A stretch of DNA of 63,761 bases, counting the filler, from Choristocarpus tenellus KU-1152 (taxonomy: Eukaryota; Protista; Phaeophyceae), in assembly GCA_964200185.2 (NCBI GenBank). It is 11 parts of 11 records of this genome, joined end to end, with 100 filler letters (N's around TTAATTAATTAA, not from the genome) between each part and the next. Parts side by side here need not be neighbours in the genome. Positions count along the whole stretch, not along the records: positions 17,240 to 24,489 come from CAXNAD020006461.1; positions 24,590 to 29,568 come from CAXNAD020012293.1; positions 29,669 to 36,682 come from CAXNAD020006864.1; positions 36,783 to 39,868 come from CAXNAD020022421.1; 7 more parts are not named here. One strand, written 5' to 3'. The stretch's first letter is position 1. Every line of letters starts with the position of its first letter. A program made the position numbers and the translations under genes. Shown in pieces: positions 23,901 through 37,921 of the stretch. Below the pieces are notes generated by a model. It was not told where the DNA came from. It saw nothing but the letters and a program-made list of their open reading frames with translations, and ran no database searches.

Positions 23901-24317
23901 CTGGGGCCACTTGAGAGAAATGATATGGAGCTTGTTAATGATGACAGGGGGGAAGGGGGCAATAGGGAAAGTAGAGAGCGAGGTGGGCATGTAGTTGGTG
24001 ATGTGGGGGAGGGGGGAGAGATGGAACAGAAGGAGGAAGCGGGGTCAGTTGGAGTTGGCAGCAAAGAGGAAAGGGTACAGCATATACGCTTGCCTGTGCG
24101 AGGTGTTCGTGACTCCAGCTTCAATGTTGAAGTTTCTCCTGTTAATAGTATGTGTGAAAGGGAAGGTGAGGGAGGTGAGGCGAGTGTCAGTGACGGTGGA
24201 CAGGATGGACAGGATGGACAGGATGGACAGGGTGAACAGGTTGGACAGGTTGGACAGAGAGGGTTTCTGGCTACAGCCATGAGAGAGGAAAATGAGACAG
24301 AAGTGGATCTGCTAGAG
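20968..24317 (+). CDS. GRAM-domain protein (GRAMD1/VAD1/LAM-like), 5' part. Exons 20968-21217, 21656-21776, 22298-22495 and later low-complexity exons ending at 24317
   Basis: Spliced DFSCAVEGRLLLHGRMYVT..CVCFYSNLFGFEKTMKIPFSHMHCITKEKTALFIPNAIAIITSKNEYIFRSFWDREDAF is a canonical GRAM domain. The later exons are less certain. Confidence 0.9.
23805..23856. repeat. 18-bp tandem repeat, 3 copies (CCTGCTATATCCTGTACG)
   Basis: Directly visible. Confidence 0.9.
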
Positions 24318-24589
24318 GTGAGTCTGTGTTTGTGAAGGTCCGGTGTGTACATTCCGAACAAATGCGTGCAGCTGCAAGACCATTCAGAGGCGTTTTGTTT
24401 TCCAATTGAGTTTTTTTTTTTTTCTTTTTTTTTGTGATAGTGGGGGGAAAGAAGGAAAGCCCTTGAAGGGGGTTGTTCTTGGTATTGTTNNNNNNNNNNN
24501 NNNNNNNNNNNNNNNNNNNNNNNNNNNNNNNNNTTAATTAATTAANNNNNNNNNNNNNNNNNNNNNNNNNNNNNNNNNNNNNNNNNNNN

Positions 24590-27500
24590 CACTCCAACCC
24601 TACTTCGCCCCCCCTTTTGCCCCCCGGCCCCACCCCCTCCTCCGGTCTTCCTCTGCTCCCCCCCCCCCTGCCCCCACGCTCATTCTCTGAGTCTACGTTC
24701 CCCACAGTGGAAGACATCGGCCGTGACGGCAACGCCTTCTTTCTCAGGACACCACCAAACCCCTCTTTCCTTGTCAAAACCGCATCCTCCCTCACAAATT
24801 CACAGCGACCCTCCTGGTCCAGGGCCGGTGGTCCAAAGGCAGAGCCTGACCTTCTGTTCTCCTGATCTTCATCATCATCTGAAAGAAGCTGTAGAGTAAT
24901 GACATTGGTGTACAAGAAAGAAGGGAGATGTATGGGAGACGACAAGCAGGAAAGGGGAGGTTTGTGGGGAGGAGTGGAGATNNNNNNNNNNAAAAAAGGA
25001 GGGGGGGGGGGGGGGGAAGGAAAGGGGGAAGGGGGGGGTTTGGGGGGGGGGGGGGGGGGGGGGGGGGAACAAGGCAGAGAGACGATTTTAAGCAGTCAGA
25101 GCAGTGGGTATGTGTTTGTACAGATAACTCCACAAGAGATGAAGAATCACCAATTATTTTGAAAGAGGGACAGGCAGGGAGGGTTACTATTACTCCCCAA
25201 ACAAAAAGGTGCATCTGTTTCAAAACTCAAGTGGAATATCAGTGGCTAGCTGTTCGTAAGCAAGGCTTTGCACCAGACCGGAAGGCAGACTAGGGTTTCG
25301 AAAAAAAAAATCTCTCACAGCCCTGGACCAGCCCCATAAGAAAGCTTTTAGGCACCGAGCCTGGTCCCCTCCTCCTGACTCAGCATCTACTCAACCTCAA
25401 ACACGATACCACTCAACACATCACGACAATCAATAGCTATGCAAATTTACTCCTGATCCATTGACCCAATTGCACTTTTGTGCAACACAACAAGTCAACA
25501 ATAGAGTACCACTCACAACTCCTTAGTGCAAGAATTACTACTAACCCTATCCATCTATCATGGCAATGTAGGTAGGGGAAAAAACAGAGCAAAGCTACTG
25601 CTGACAAACACCTCATTATTCTTTCTGTATGATACACCTCTCAGCAAGGAGCGTGATCTACACAGCACACTCACATACATACTCCACTTTTTTTTATCCT
25701 TTGTATCATAGTGCTGACTTTAGCAACACAACTGGAGGGTTAAGGACAATCGAGAGACTGTACCCGTATGATTTTTTTTTTAACTGGAAACCAACCAACC
25801 TACCCCGGAGTAAAGCTTCAGAGGGGGTCTCCACGTACTCAAAAACAAAAATAAGGGTTAGGGTTAAGAGAATGTATTGTCTCCCACATAAAAGAAAAAA
25901 AAACCCTAATCCATGTGATGTTGGACATGCATACACCATGCCAAAAGACTGGTTCGACCTGTCAAACAGCAATCTCCTACTTCAAAAAGCATTGGGAAAA
26001 TACAGATCTTGGTGTAGATCATAACATTATCTCTAAAAAGCACCGCGAAGCAAGCCTCAAAATTCCATCTCCAAAACCAAGAAGTTGGAGAGGAAAACTT
26101 TCAAGGCCTATTTATTGACGCACGCTCTTTTCCCTTTCAACCAACCAACATTCAAATGGATCACCTTGCACAGGCTCTCAACAGAAGAGGAAGAGATCTG
26201 AGATGCAAATTTCAAACGACGACCAAAAACTATTGAGCGGTTACACCTTTTTTTTTAAACAAACAAACAAACAAACAAACAAAAGATTTTAAAAAAAATT
26301 AGTCACCACCACCCCACCACGCACGCGCAGCCGCAAAAAAAAAATAATCCGTCCTCGTCGTCAAAATTTCCAATCTTCACAATGATAAAGAACTTTGTGG
26401 GAGAGGATGTGATCCATCCATTCGCGTTTACAAAAATCAAATGCAGCAAAAAGAGGAGGCATTTGCAACGGCGAGAGCAAGGCTTCATCTAGTAGCAGAC
26501 CTTGGCGGAGTATCCGACCATCGACGACCCGACAACACAACAGACCCTCAAATACTTCATTCAACCTTGAGCATTCAAGGAGTAAGAAGGTTAATTGATT
26601 TATTCATTGCTATTGTCGGGGTGAGAATTAAGAAGCATTCACCCATTGACCTAGTAGAGGATGCATCTTCCAAAAAGGAAGGATTACCACGGCCTTACCT
26701 CTTTCAAAAAAAATTTCAAAAAACTAATTATCGAGTATCGGCCAGACAACCTCCAGACACAGTTGCGCCTACCATATACTGTATCCTGTTGATACTTCAT
26801 TCTGACCCTTCACTCAACAATCATTTGGAACAACAAAAAAAACTTGGTAGTGTGTCTCACATACAGATGTACCAACCTTGATACCTATATATATATCCCG
26901 AAATGCATCAAACAATTTAGCAATAAACTGGCATCAAGAATGAATGCTCTTTTCAGTCAAAACATCCAACAACACATAGAGCCAGTCGAGCAAGCAGTAC
27001 AACTGCGTTGTTGAACTCTTGCTTTCTAACTTAACAAACCTCTACCGCTGCTTATAAAGGTCTCTGCGCTATAACCCTCAACACCCAATCCCCCACCACA
27101 ACAACAGCCCAAATGAACAACCGGGCCTAGTACAACACTTTTGCAACATCACCAATCTCTCAGAAAGATTCAACACATACAACAGTCTCACACACATCCG
27201 CCACATACTCCAGACGAGAAAACCATCAGAACGCAGTTTCTACAATAACACACACCATCGCCTTCATTCTACACGACATCATCAGACTATGCTACATCCT
27301 ACCGGCATCACAATCCTTCCACACACATCTACCAACCCTACACAGCAGACACACCTGTGAGTCATCAAAGATGGTGAAGTTTAAGGATGACCCCTGTGGC
27401 CGACCTCTCCCCTCTACTTCCGCCTCATCTTCTCCTCCACCAAACCCAACTTGCCCCTCCCCCCTCCAACCTCCCCGCCGCCCCCCTCCCCCAACAGGGC

Positions 27501-28215
27501 TATCCGCAGAAAGGGTGTCCCCAAGAGCACCATCTTCAAAAATGCTGAACCCAATCCCTCGCTCATCCAAATGTTTCCCTTCAACATCACATCCAGTAGC
27601 CCCAGGGCTATTCAATGCCGCTCTGGGGCTATCCTCGTGGATAACAAAACTCAGGCCAGCTGAACCGCCAACAGGTTGAACCGGAGCTACAGTCACACCT
27701 GACGCCAAGCCCTCCTCCACATCTTCTTCTTCACCAAGTCCCGTAGCTCCACCTCCTAACCCAGACTGGCTCATCCCCTTTGCTGCCAATCCCCGTTTCT
27801 CCTCACCCCACATAGGTAAAACACCCTCCTCTGCCCTTAGCCGTGCCGCAATGATATCCCCATTCGTTAGGCGCTTGACATGGGACGCTTCAGCCACCTC
27901 TCCTCGCCCGTGACAACGCTCCCCAACCTCCGAGAGGATCTTACCAAACCCCCTCCCTCCAGTTGGGTCGCCCCTTCCAGCATCAGGCCCACGGCTGACT
28001 TGAAGACGACCCTCATCTCCCGAACCGCCCAATGGACACCCATCCTCTTTGTACATGCCCATTGCACCCCCCCCACCACAGTTCTCATCACCTGGACCAG
28101 TATCTCCTTCCTGCTCATCATCACTGCTGGAACTTCCATCATCACCCAACGGGACATCCAACTCCCTCAAAACCAACTCCTCTACTCCTTCGCCGTGGAT
28201 GTCACGTCTGCGCAT
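24590..28215 (-). CDS. Internal fragment of a probable Bub1/Mad3 (MadBub) spindle-checkpoint gene; large exon ~28215-27355 and exon ~24888-24590
   Basis: Disordered acidic region with three ABBA motifs (FVIHED, FSIFED, FTIFDD) and a downstream DQEN. No TPR or kinase domain is visible. Confidence 0.5.
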
Positions 28216-29229
28216 GAAAGAGCATGAAAGAGTGTTACCGACGGGAGATACACCAAGACAACCACTATACCAGGAGAGGGATATTTATGTATGTATATAT
28301 ACATATATATATAGTCATTGCACATAGCACAAACGAACAAACATCGAACCGCTATCCAATACACCTACAGTTCACAATGAGGCAAAAAAAAAAACACAAT
28401 ACAAACGTTCACCTTCGCTGTCTGTTCCCTCAACACACGTAACACAATACCACGGCTTCGATCTCGACTACCTTGGAACAACTCAGGGGTATACATTAGG
28501 CAATGCAAGGAAGGGGATGACTGCAGTAGCTCAATGATTAACTCTAGGAAAAGGTATCTGGAGGAAGCCAGGGCTGTAGTGTACAGATTGAGGACAAGGA
28601 CCATCGCAGGAACATAAAACAACAATGAAAATAATAAAAATGTGACAATGTAGACACAAAAAACGGCATATTTTACTTTTTAAAAAATGAAACAAACCTG
28701 ATTGAGTTGGCTCTTTAAACTTCAGTGATGAAGTTGAGTGTGCACACACCAAGTCACCTGTTCCATACTACATAAATCAGATCAAGTGCTACACGTCCAT
28801 CTATTCACCAACGCTAATCCTAACCTAACGGCTTTTATTCATAAAATAAAATAAAATAAGTCCAATACATATAAACATACGTATGTACCAGTGTCTGAAC
28901 CATTTCGTAGTGAATGCGACCACCCGCCCACCCACACCCTAACCCTCAAAAACCCTTAACATAAAAAAGCAATACAACTACTATAAAAATAAAATTTTCA
29001 AGCCAAAAAATAGAGCAACAAATAAATGAAGAAATAAAACTTCCAGAAGTAGAACACCCTGCAAATCAGTTACAAATATTTTTATTTGTACAAAAGAATA
29101 GAGCGCAAGTACACCCCACACTAAAAAAACACAACAGGCACACAAAAGGCCCATAAAAAAAAGTAAGTTTCAGAGAGAGGCACTACTTCCCATTAATCCC
29201 CTCTCGTCTCATTGTCTTTCAAATGATGA

Positions 29230-29340
29230 GGCTCAAAGTATCTCCATCCGACACATGCAACCAAATTCACCCAAAAATTGCGACATGGAAAAATGGGCCC
29301 CAACTGGACAGCCGCCACCCCCCCCCAGATACTTTGAACC
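29230..29340 (+). mobile_element. MITE family 2, internally deleted (111 bp)
   Basis: GGCTCAAAGTATCT...AGATACTTTGAACC; TSD ATGA/ATGA. Confidence 0.9.
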
Positions 29341-32122
29341 ATGAGGATAACCTGTTCTTTGACAACTATTGCACAATCACAAGGTGACAGTTTCAGTCTC
29401 ACACCCCAACCCTCCCCCACACAAAATAAACCGACAAAATGGGCAAATCTCAACCTCTTCCGATAAAATCAACCACATCATGTGCCCCCTCCTCCCCCCC
29501 CCCCCCCCCCCAAAAGACCTCTACACTAACCAATCTTCTCTCAAACATCACGCCTAATGTGTTGACAANNNNNNNNNNNNNNNNNNNNNNNNNNNNNNNN
29601 NNNNNNNNNNNNTTAATTAATTAANNNNNNNNNNNNNNNNNNNNNNNNNNNNNNNNNNNNNNNNNNNNCCCTTTTCAAAATAAACAGACCCTTCCTGCCT
29701 CCCCCCCCCCCCCCCCCCCCCTAGATACTTTGACTCCTTGGTACAGTGGTATCCAACATTTTTCCGTCGACAATGAGTACAACGTTCGTCAAATCACACA
29801 TCCTTCCACCTTTTCTTCTCCACTCCTTGCCTACTATTGATACGCTCTACCATATATTAGTGGATGGCGACATGGGAATTTTCTTGGTCGGAGAGGGTGG
29901 GTTGGAGAGTGTGATTCATCAAGGAAACGTTACTCCCCCAAAAGGCTGCATTGTTGTTCGGGAGGAGAATAGCCAATGTTTATCTCACCAACAACGACTA
30001 CTTCGTGACCTAATTGCACAGAAGGTTCGGATTTAGACCTCACTCTGTGAAAGCGCTGCTTAAGTACTCATTGAAATGTCCAGCTAGAGAATGCAGGTCA
30101 AGCTGATGATAGTTGAGATATAGCGCATGAGACTGGGGCAGGGGCCAATATTGACGATGTAATGAGTGAGGAGGAGAGGGATGAGGTGGCACGGGATCTC
30201 TCAATCCATCCACTACTAATAAAAGGAAGACAGCACGGGAGCTATTAATTCCCTACGTTTCTGCAAAGAAGTCCTGGCCTGCTCAACACTATCAGCAAGC
30301 GCAGCAAGGGCATTAAGGGCAGACCATCTAAGGTCTACAGAGCCTATTTGATGCGCCTCCATCATCGCATAGAAAGCAAGGGGGAAACGTTAATATGCCT
30401 CAGCAACATATGGACCAGGTGTCGAAGTAGAATATGATGTATGATCTTGCTTGTTGGTACAAGCATACACAACGAGTTGCAGTTCCGTGTACGGTTTCGT
30501 GTTGACGTTAGGACAAGCAGTGAAACGTATTGTGTCATGCAAAGTATGTTGAGTCAGATGTATGTATGTACGGCTGTCATATCTTACTCAACAGAGTGAT
30601 GAGTGGTCGAGGGGTGCGTCATTTTACTTGTTGTCATAAACATAATAATTTGGAAAAATGTCGAATCTATCCCCCTTTTTGGAGCTCACCAAAGAGTACG
30701 ACTCCACGCGAGCTTTCAACACCAAGACGTGGCCTCCAGGGAAGATGGCAGTGGTGCTGATAATGTATGCGATGAAGGAGACATGTGGACGGGGGGATCG
30801 AGACAGAAGACAAGACGAAGAGATTACCTATGGGATGAGAAATTCTTACACGATTGTGAGGCTTGCCTCTTAGGATTCAACCTCGGAAGCAGGATGGAAG
30901 AGATAATGGGAAAAAAAGACCAACAAGAGTGTAACCACTAATATCCTTATACTGGTGATTCTCGAACATGGATTCGTTAAGGAGGACATCAGCTCTAAGG
31001 TCAAGGAACTTGTACAAGTCCTCAATGCTAATTGTTGGGTGCACCGACGAATATTGACGGCATGAACGGATATCACCACCAAGACTTTGCCGGCTACCGA
31101 CTTGCAGATTTTGATTGAGAGAGTGGAGCAATGTTTCGTAAAGAAAGTCATCACAAAGAAACACAGCCAGCATTCCTCATCCCATAACCTATGGTAAATG
31201 CTAAGGAAGAAGTACGATTTATCTGTGCCTAAAGTGTTGGTGGAAGAACGAAAAGGTACTACTTCTACTAGTGGTTCAACATGTTGATGTTTACAAAATA
31301 GTTTGATCTCGTAAAATTAGTGGTCAGAGGTTTTGAAGCAGTAAACGGTACCTAGTTTGACAACAGAAGAAAGAAATGCAAAGAAGAAAAGAGCCAAACC
31401 AATTGAGAGGTAGGCAAGTTTGGATCCTTCATTATTCTAAGCCATCTTTCCTACCCTGCGCAATACACTCTATTTCTTTGCTTATATGTACAATAGTATA
31501 AGCACAGTTGGTATTCCCCTTTTTCAGATGCACTATGACGCCACAACTCAGCAAAGGATATTTCTGCAATTGTACAAAATGTCATCTATTTCTCCTTTCT
31601 CGGATACTTTATTCGCAACTCTGCCTAGTTGGTTTGACTAAAAATTGGCATGAGGACTCGGGCGCGGCGGCAACGGAAATTCAGCCATGAAGAGCATGTA
31701 TTTGTTCCGCAGAACACCAATATTCAGTTCCGTTAAAAAAGAAAAACAATTCCGACGCCTTCTTCACTCACTCAAATGCAACAAGTAGGAAGTCTGCCTG
31801 CACAATAGCGGAAAAACGAAAGAGCAGTAAGAAATAAGGCACGGACAATACGAACATGCACATCTCTATTCCACGGTACACACCAGCATCATTACGAAGG
31901 AGTTGTGATCGTGGAAATTTCATGTAATATTAATGATGTCTATCATCCATCCATAAAGTTGTGAGAATAGTTGAACTGCTTCTTCCTGCTATTCTTACAA
32001 GTTCTGCACCTTGAACAAGGAGGTAGTCGTCATACTGGGCACAAGAAGTGATCTAACTGGCTGTGTAGGCGAGTAGGCGAGTAGGCGAGTAGTACAACAT
32101 GAATCCTGGGAGGAAAAAAGTA

Positions 32123-32196
32123 AGCTCGAGGCGAGATTTGAACTCGCGAATCTCCTCTTTACAAGAGAGGCGCCTTAACCACTGGGCCACTCGAGC
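32123..32196 (-). tRNA. tRNA-Thr (anticodon UGU)
   Basis: GCTCGAG acceptor stem, TGGCCCAGTGG box A, CCTCT-CTTGTAA-AGAGG anticodon arm, GTTCAAATC box B, and a downstream T6 Pol III terminator. Confidence 0.96.
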
Positions 32197-32339
32197 TGAT
32201 TTCAAAATATATATCACCTAATTACATATCTACTCAAACTGTTGAATATAACTTTATGTAACTTGATACAGCCTCCCAATCCTTGAAAATTCTTGACACA
32301 CCGTATTCCAAGTCCCAGCGTTCCTTGCGCCAACACACC

Positions 32340-33440
32340 ATGGCAGACACAGGAAGACAGCTGAAGATCAAGGTCGGGGTATGCAAAAGGTACCCACCCT
32401 ACTTTGTTGGATGCCGCAATTCGCCTCCTTCAACATATTTCCTTCCTGGGAATTGGCAACCAGGGCATCCAACACACGTCTTCATAGTCGACCTTTCGAA
32501 ATCCCCAACTCCCGCACCTTTTTCACACTAACCTCCATCGAAAGTAGGCTAACTGCATCGAAATTACGAGGTTCAATCTTAGAGTACCCCTCTTTGCTGT
32601 TGTATTTCTCTTGAAAAATTCCGTTGCTTGATATGGGTATATGGTAAGGCGATGAAGGGTTCAAATCTGACTGTTCTGTTTGGATGTTGTTGTGTCGTCG
32701 GAAACGCACCCTTTGCCTGGCGCTGATATTGCCCAAAGAATGTTAAAAGAAGTTGCAGGCTACGAAAAAGAGGCCAAGACTAACGAAGCAAGGATTAAGA
32801 AAATGAGGGAAGATGGAAGGGATGAGTACGATATCCGCAAGCAAGAGGAGGTGAGAGTTTTCGATGCCACGAGGAACAAGACTAAAGGACTTCGTGGTAC
32901 TTGAAAATATGACTGATCTTTTATTCTCTCCATTTTTTCACACCCGTCACCTTTGTAGCACAGACCCGCAACCAGAGGTTGAGGCGGTCTTTCAAGCGAA
33001 CAAGGCAGCGCCTGATATGTAGCACTAAATTCCATAACCGCAGTCCTCAAGGGTTGTTATTTTGGAAGCTCTCCAACCAATGCACATGAATTCGTGGCAT
33101 TTTTTCTTCTCTGGCATATAGTTCCTATTTTCTGCCCCTTACATAGGGTTACAAACTCTCGTGTTCATCCCATTGAAGTTCACTTATCGTCACAACCCAA
33201 GTGTATGCCCTCTTCTCCGTTTATGTGCGTCTCCCACGTTTGGCAATACTTCCTTCTTTCCCTATCCCATGTTCCCTCCAGGTTCTTCAAGAAAGCTACA
33301 TGATGATTCCTGATAGCAAAGCCCGCCTGCAGAAAGCCCTAGAAGATTTGCAGATATTCTTGGAGGCAAACACGGGTGGTGATGGCCTTGAGGACCAGGA
33401 AGAGGAGGCGAGGAACATCCTCGCACAGGCTAGCGTGTAA
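32340..33440 (+). CDS. TBCA: Tubulin-specific chaperone A, 106 aa. Exons 32340-32389, 32739-32850, 33282-33440
   Basis: RQLKIKVGVCKRMLKEV..YEKEA...DEYDIRKQEEVLQESYMMIPDSKARLQKALEDL; complete ORF after splicing. Confidence 0.96.
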
Positions 33441-36400
33441 AGCTTGCTGCGGGTTGGCAACGAAGTATTGCCTTGCAGGAGTGATATAGAGTAATGTTTC
33501 GGCCTTGGTACTTGCAGTTCATCAGGAGGGAATTGAGAGTGTCCTGACAAGTTTTATACCTGATCCCATCATTGTGTGTACTACAGCTCTCTGGCTTCCC
33601 AGCACTTCTATTTTTCTCTCTCGGAAACCTTTTTACAGATAGGGTACACTTCCATTGTATTGATAGAGTAGTCTTCGCACATAGATTAATGTTGCATATA
33701 TATTGGCTTTGAATGTATGCTGTTGCTCTTTCAGACTGCTGTGTTCAGCTAAATGGGTCCTGCACGTGGGGTATGCTGTGCACTTCTCGTTGGGCCATTC
33801 TGAGTTCTGCTGAGTGTGGAGGAGGACTTCATTCAATGAAAATTCTGGACTTCTGAGGACTTTTCTTTCTGGAGCATGAAACTGCAATAATCCTTTTCAT
33901 GATGACTGTTTTCACTGTGTATTTGTTGCTAGACTTGACCATGCAACAGGCAGCTTCGGAAAGTTCAAAAGGCAGCACATTTTGTCATTTTGACTGTATA
34001 TGAAAAACTAATAACAGGGTATGTGTACAGTCTCGTGAACCTTTTGTGCTCGATTGAACCAAACTAGCTGTTGTTTCCCATTCTCAACTGGCTCCACAAA
34101 ATTGAGCTGTATGTGGCCTGGGATCCTGACTCTTCCTTCCGAAAAGTGCCCAGGAAAAAAATTCTTTAAAAGATGAACTTATTTCCCAATTTTTGTTGAG
34201 GACCTGTGGAATGTTTGTAACACATTCTCTTCCTTGTATTGTTACGCTGTATGGGTGTACATCGACACCTCTCATTCGTTGGTAATAAGTGAGATGATTG
34301 ACACTTGTGGGTGCTTCAGCACCTCTGATTTCTAGTCATTGTAAGGTTATAGAGGGTTGCGATCCAGCCAAGTGTTTGTAGTAGGGTGGTGGGGTAGTTG
34401 GGGTTTATCTTGCTCTCTCTGCTGCATTGTACCCATTTGAGATATGTAGATTCTGCACAGTATTTTGTCATATACCCTGAAGTAGCAGGAAATGATTTAA
34501 TAGGGAAAACATAATTTTTGGATACTGCAGAAAGAAATATAAAAGGCAAGCAGCAGTGGACGTAATGTAGTGCATACTGTCTACAAGTTGAAGGAGAATA
34601 GGACAGGGAGGCTTCTACAATGAATGGGTCGATGGGTGACTGAAAAGGACAAAACACCAGGAAATAGGGGGAGAACAATGCATCACAATAATTCGGTATC
34701 CTCCCACTAGTTGCATTCTCAGGTTTGGTAGTAATAGTAGAAATAGTGGCAGCAGAGCCCATTTGATCTTGAGCTGTGATATTCCCAGTCCTTGAGATTC
34801 CAGGCCATTCTTGACTTGAGATTCCAGAATATGGGATGGAATAAACGTCGAGTTTTTGCAATCACCCCTCCACTCAACTCCAAGCTAGTGCGAAGATCAA
34901 CTCCTACGTAGTGTGAAGATCAATCCCTGGGTGGTTTTTGGTCGATTATTCTTGCACTGCATCTTAGAAATCCTCTTTCTTTGCTCTCTATTCAAGTGTA
35001 GGGGCCATGTAGTTTGGAGTAAAGGGCCCTTCAACATCCTGTTGGAAGGTAAACTGTGTTAAAAAAATTAGAGGTGAGGATGGACCCAGTCTATAGGGGA
35101 AGAGGTCTCTGGTTGCTTCATCTTTTGGAAGTCTATTGTTTTCATTAAATTAAACAGCGGATGGGCCGGCTCTTTGTTCATACAAACTCTTGGAAAGTTC
35201 CTTGTGAAAGAGGAAACGAAGAGGGTAGATCATCAAAGTTTAAGAAAAAGACTTCAAACATCTCACTGTCCATCCAAAACAAGCCACCTATGTCAAAGGA
35301 AATGGGTCTTCATCGTGGTTCCAAAAACACCATTATAAGGTTGTGGTCCTATATTTTATTTGTTGTGCTTCCTGCCTGTTTATTACTCTGTAGTCATTGT
35401 CAGACCATTCAATGCCCATGACTCAGTACTTTCTATACCTCAATCAAATCAAAAATTGAACAATCAATGCGAGAGATTCAGAATATTTTATAATATTTCC
35501 TTGATGGCACCGTTTGTGAGCCTCGTCATCAGCTTACAGGCTTTTGGGTTGGAGCTACGTATCCCATCATGGTAAGCTGTGGGAGCGTTTTGTAACACCT
35601 AACATTCCACTCCTTTGTTCAAATAGTCGAGAAAATGGGGAGATGGTCACGATTTGATGATTGGTGATGCTCTCATCAGCGACTATCAAGCAAGATGAAG
35701 CAGCGTCCCAGAGGTCACAGCTGAACTCAAGAGTAATCCAAATATTTGAGTGGAGGCTGCTGCGAAATGTTGGAGTAGGGACAATAGTGAACTTCATGCT
35801 TGAGGTGCGTGCGTGTGTGGATGTGTGCTAGTTTGTTGCAGGTTTGTAGTGTGGTGGACTAATGTAGACACCTAGGATATCTTGGTGTCAACAAGGGACA
35901 GGAATGCTAACCACTACAAACGGAGAATCCCTCCCATGTGAATTTTCAGGGGAGTCCACATGTGGTGAACACGTGTGGGTGTGTAGTATGATGGGTAGTT
36001 CGTGTTAATGATGGAAAGGGCATCGTGGTGGACAGGGTATGATAGTGAGAACTTATGGTGGAGAATATAGTGTTTTGTTTGAGTCGGGATCATAGGGTCC
36101 GTAGATCTTGAAACTCAGGGGGGGTGCGTACTATTAAATAGTTTTTGCGAAGTGGTGCGGTGTGATGGTTGAATCGAGGTTTGCGTGTGAAGGGTGGTAA
36201 TGTATTGCGGAAGGGACAGAAGTATGGATATAGGGTGAAGGGTGCAGTGCGATTTTGGAGTATGGAATTAACTTGTGTGTAGTGTGATGGTTAAGTTGCG
36301 TGGACTGTGTAGGAGGATTGCCTAATGTATTTGGTAGGAGGGTGCATTGTGGATCTAGGGGCTACTGTGTGATGTAAATCAAGGCACTGATGTGAACCTA

Positions 36401-36619
36401 TTGCTTAAAGTGCACTGAATGACTGAAGTGAACTGCCAGCTAAGAACATATACTGTACCATATGACCGTAACATCTAAGCTCTGCAACACTCAACAGCAG
36501 CCAGTTCACGGTTTTGGGAAGAGTTGGCCTATTCCTCTAGTTGGCCAAAGTCCCTTTCAGTGGCAACAACGGTGCTATTAGATATGGCAGTCGAGCCTAA
36601 TTGCGTATTTGTCTATACT

Positions 36620-36682
36620 GTGTTAAAGTATCCCCAAAATCATCAAGGAACATAAAGGTGATAAACCTGGCGAGATTGCTTG
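36620..36682. mobile_element. LTR-like terminus shared with 59399 onward
   Basis: TGTTA.AGTATCCCCAAAATCATC...AAAGGTGATAAACC.GGCGA.ATTGCTTG occurs at both sites. Confidence 0.7.
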
Positions 36683-37921
36683 NNNNNNNNNNNNNNNNNN
36701 NNNNNNNNNNNNNNNNNNNNNNNNNNTTAATTAATTAANNNNNNNNNNNNNNNNNNNNNNNNNNNNNNNNNNNNNNNNNNNNACACACACACACACACAC
36801 ACACACAGGGAGAGAGGGAGATAGAGAGGTAAAGTAGAGCAAACAGTATCAACGGGGAAGATTTGAGGGTGGGGAGACAATGAGCGGGGGCTGGTGGTGG
36901 GGGCCAAACTGCTGTCATTGTTCATGGAATTTGTGTTGAGAGGCACAATAACAAAACACACACACACACACAGGGAGCAGTTTTAAGACCAAAAACAAAA
37001 AAACTTTACCATTAAAAAGGAGTTAACAAAAAAATAATTTGAAAAATACTTTTTCCCCTTGGTGTTGTATCAATACTACATGTGATAAAAATGTGTAGAT
37101 AGACAGCAGTACTACGTTGCAGCACACTCGGAAAAAAAAGCAAATAACTTCACCAGGAGGTTTCATTTTGGACGGAAAAATATATATATTCTAAAATGAA
37201 AGAGCATCGAACGGTCGGAAAGCAGTAAGAACAAAAAAAGAATAATAATGGCGATAAAAAACTAAAATTATCTTTGCTGTGTGCTGTTCACAGGAGGTTT
37301 CCTACTCTATATATTTAACAGACGTATCACTGCCCAGCGCGGATAACTGACTCCCCCCTGCCCCCACACTAACCGCATAGCAATGTAAGGAAATATCCTA
37401 TAACCCTACAAGCCGCACACAACGCCTTCCATCTAAGTCACTGCTCCAAATAGACAACACCGATAGATACAAGGCAGTACAACCATCACCAACTTCAACC
37501 AAAATAAATGAACAACGTAAGAGACGCTTATGTACACTACCACAGAACTAAAAAAGAGACCAACCCAAACCCAAACCCAAATACACACACACACCACACA
37601 CTACCTTCCCCCCCCCCCTTCCCTCGCCCTTCTGCCAAGCTATATCCTCATCCCCAATATGACTAAAGCCCAAACCATCCACTCCTCTACCCACCTCGCC
37701 CCAAGCCTCTGCCTCTGCATCTGAGACAAGGTGTTGACTCAGGGCGAATCGAACTGCCCTGGTTGCTGGGTCCTCCACAGGTGATGATGACCTCCCCCCC
37801 TCCCCTCCACCCCAGTTAACTAGCACACTTCTACCCGTGGTCCACAGCTTTAGTATACACAGGACAAACATTACAGCCCTATCAAGATCAATACAAATCA
37901 AGTAAGAGGATCGATAATGAT

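Noticed and set aside
29780-31400. Possible hAT transposase relic (HFTCCHKHNNL resembling CxxHxxNL)
   Set aside because: Too many stops and no second diagnostic motif; cannot be supported by eye
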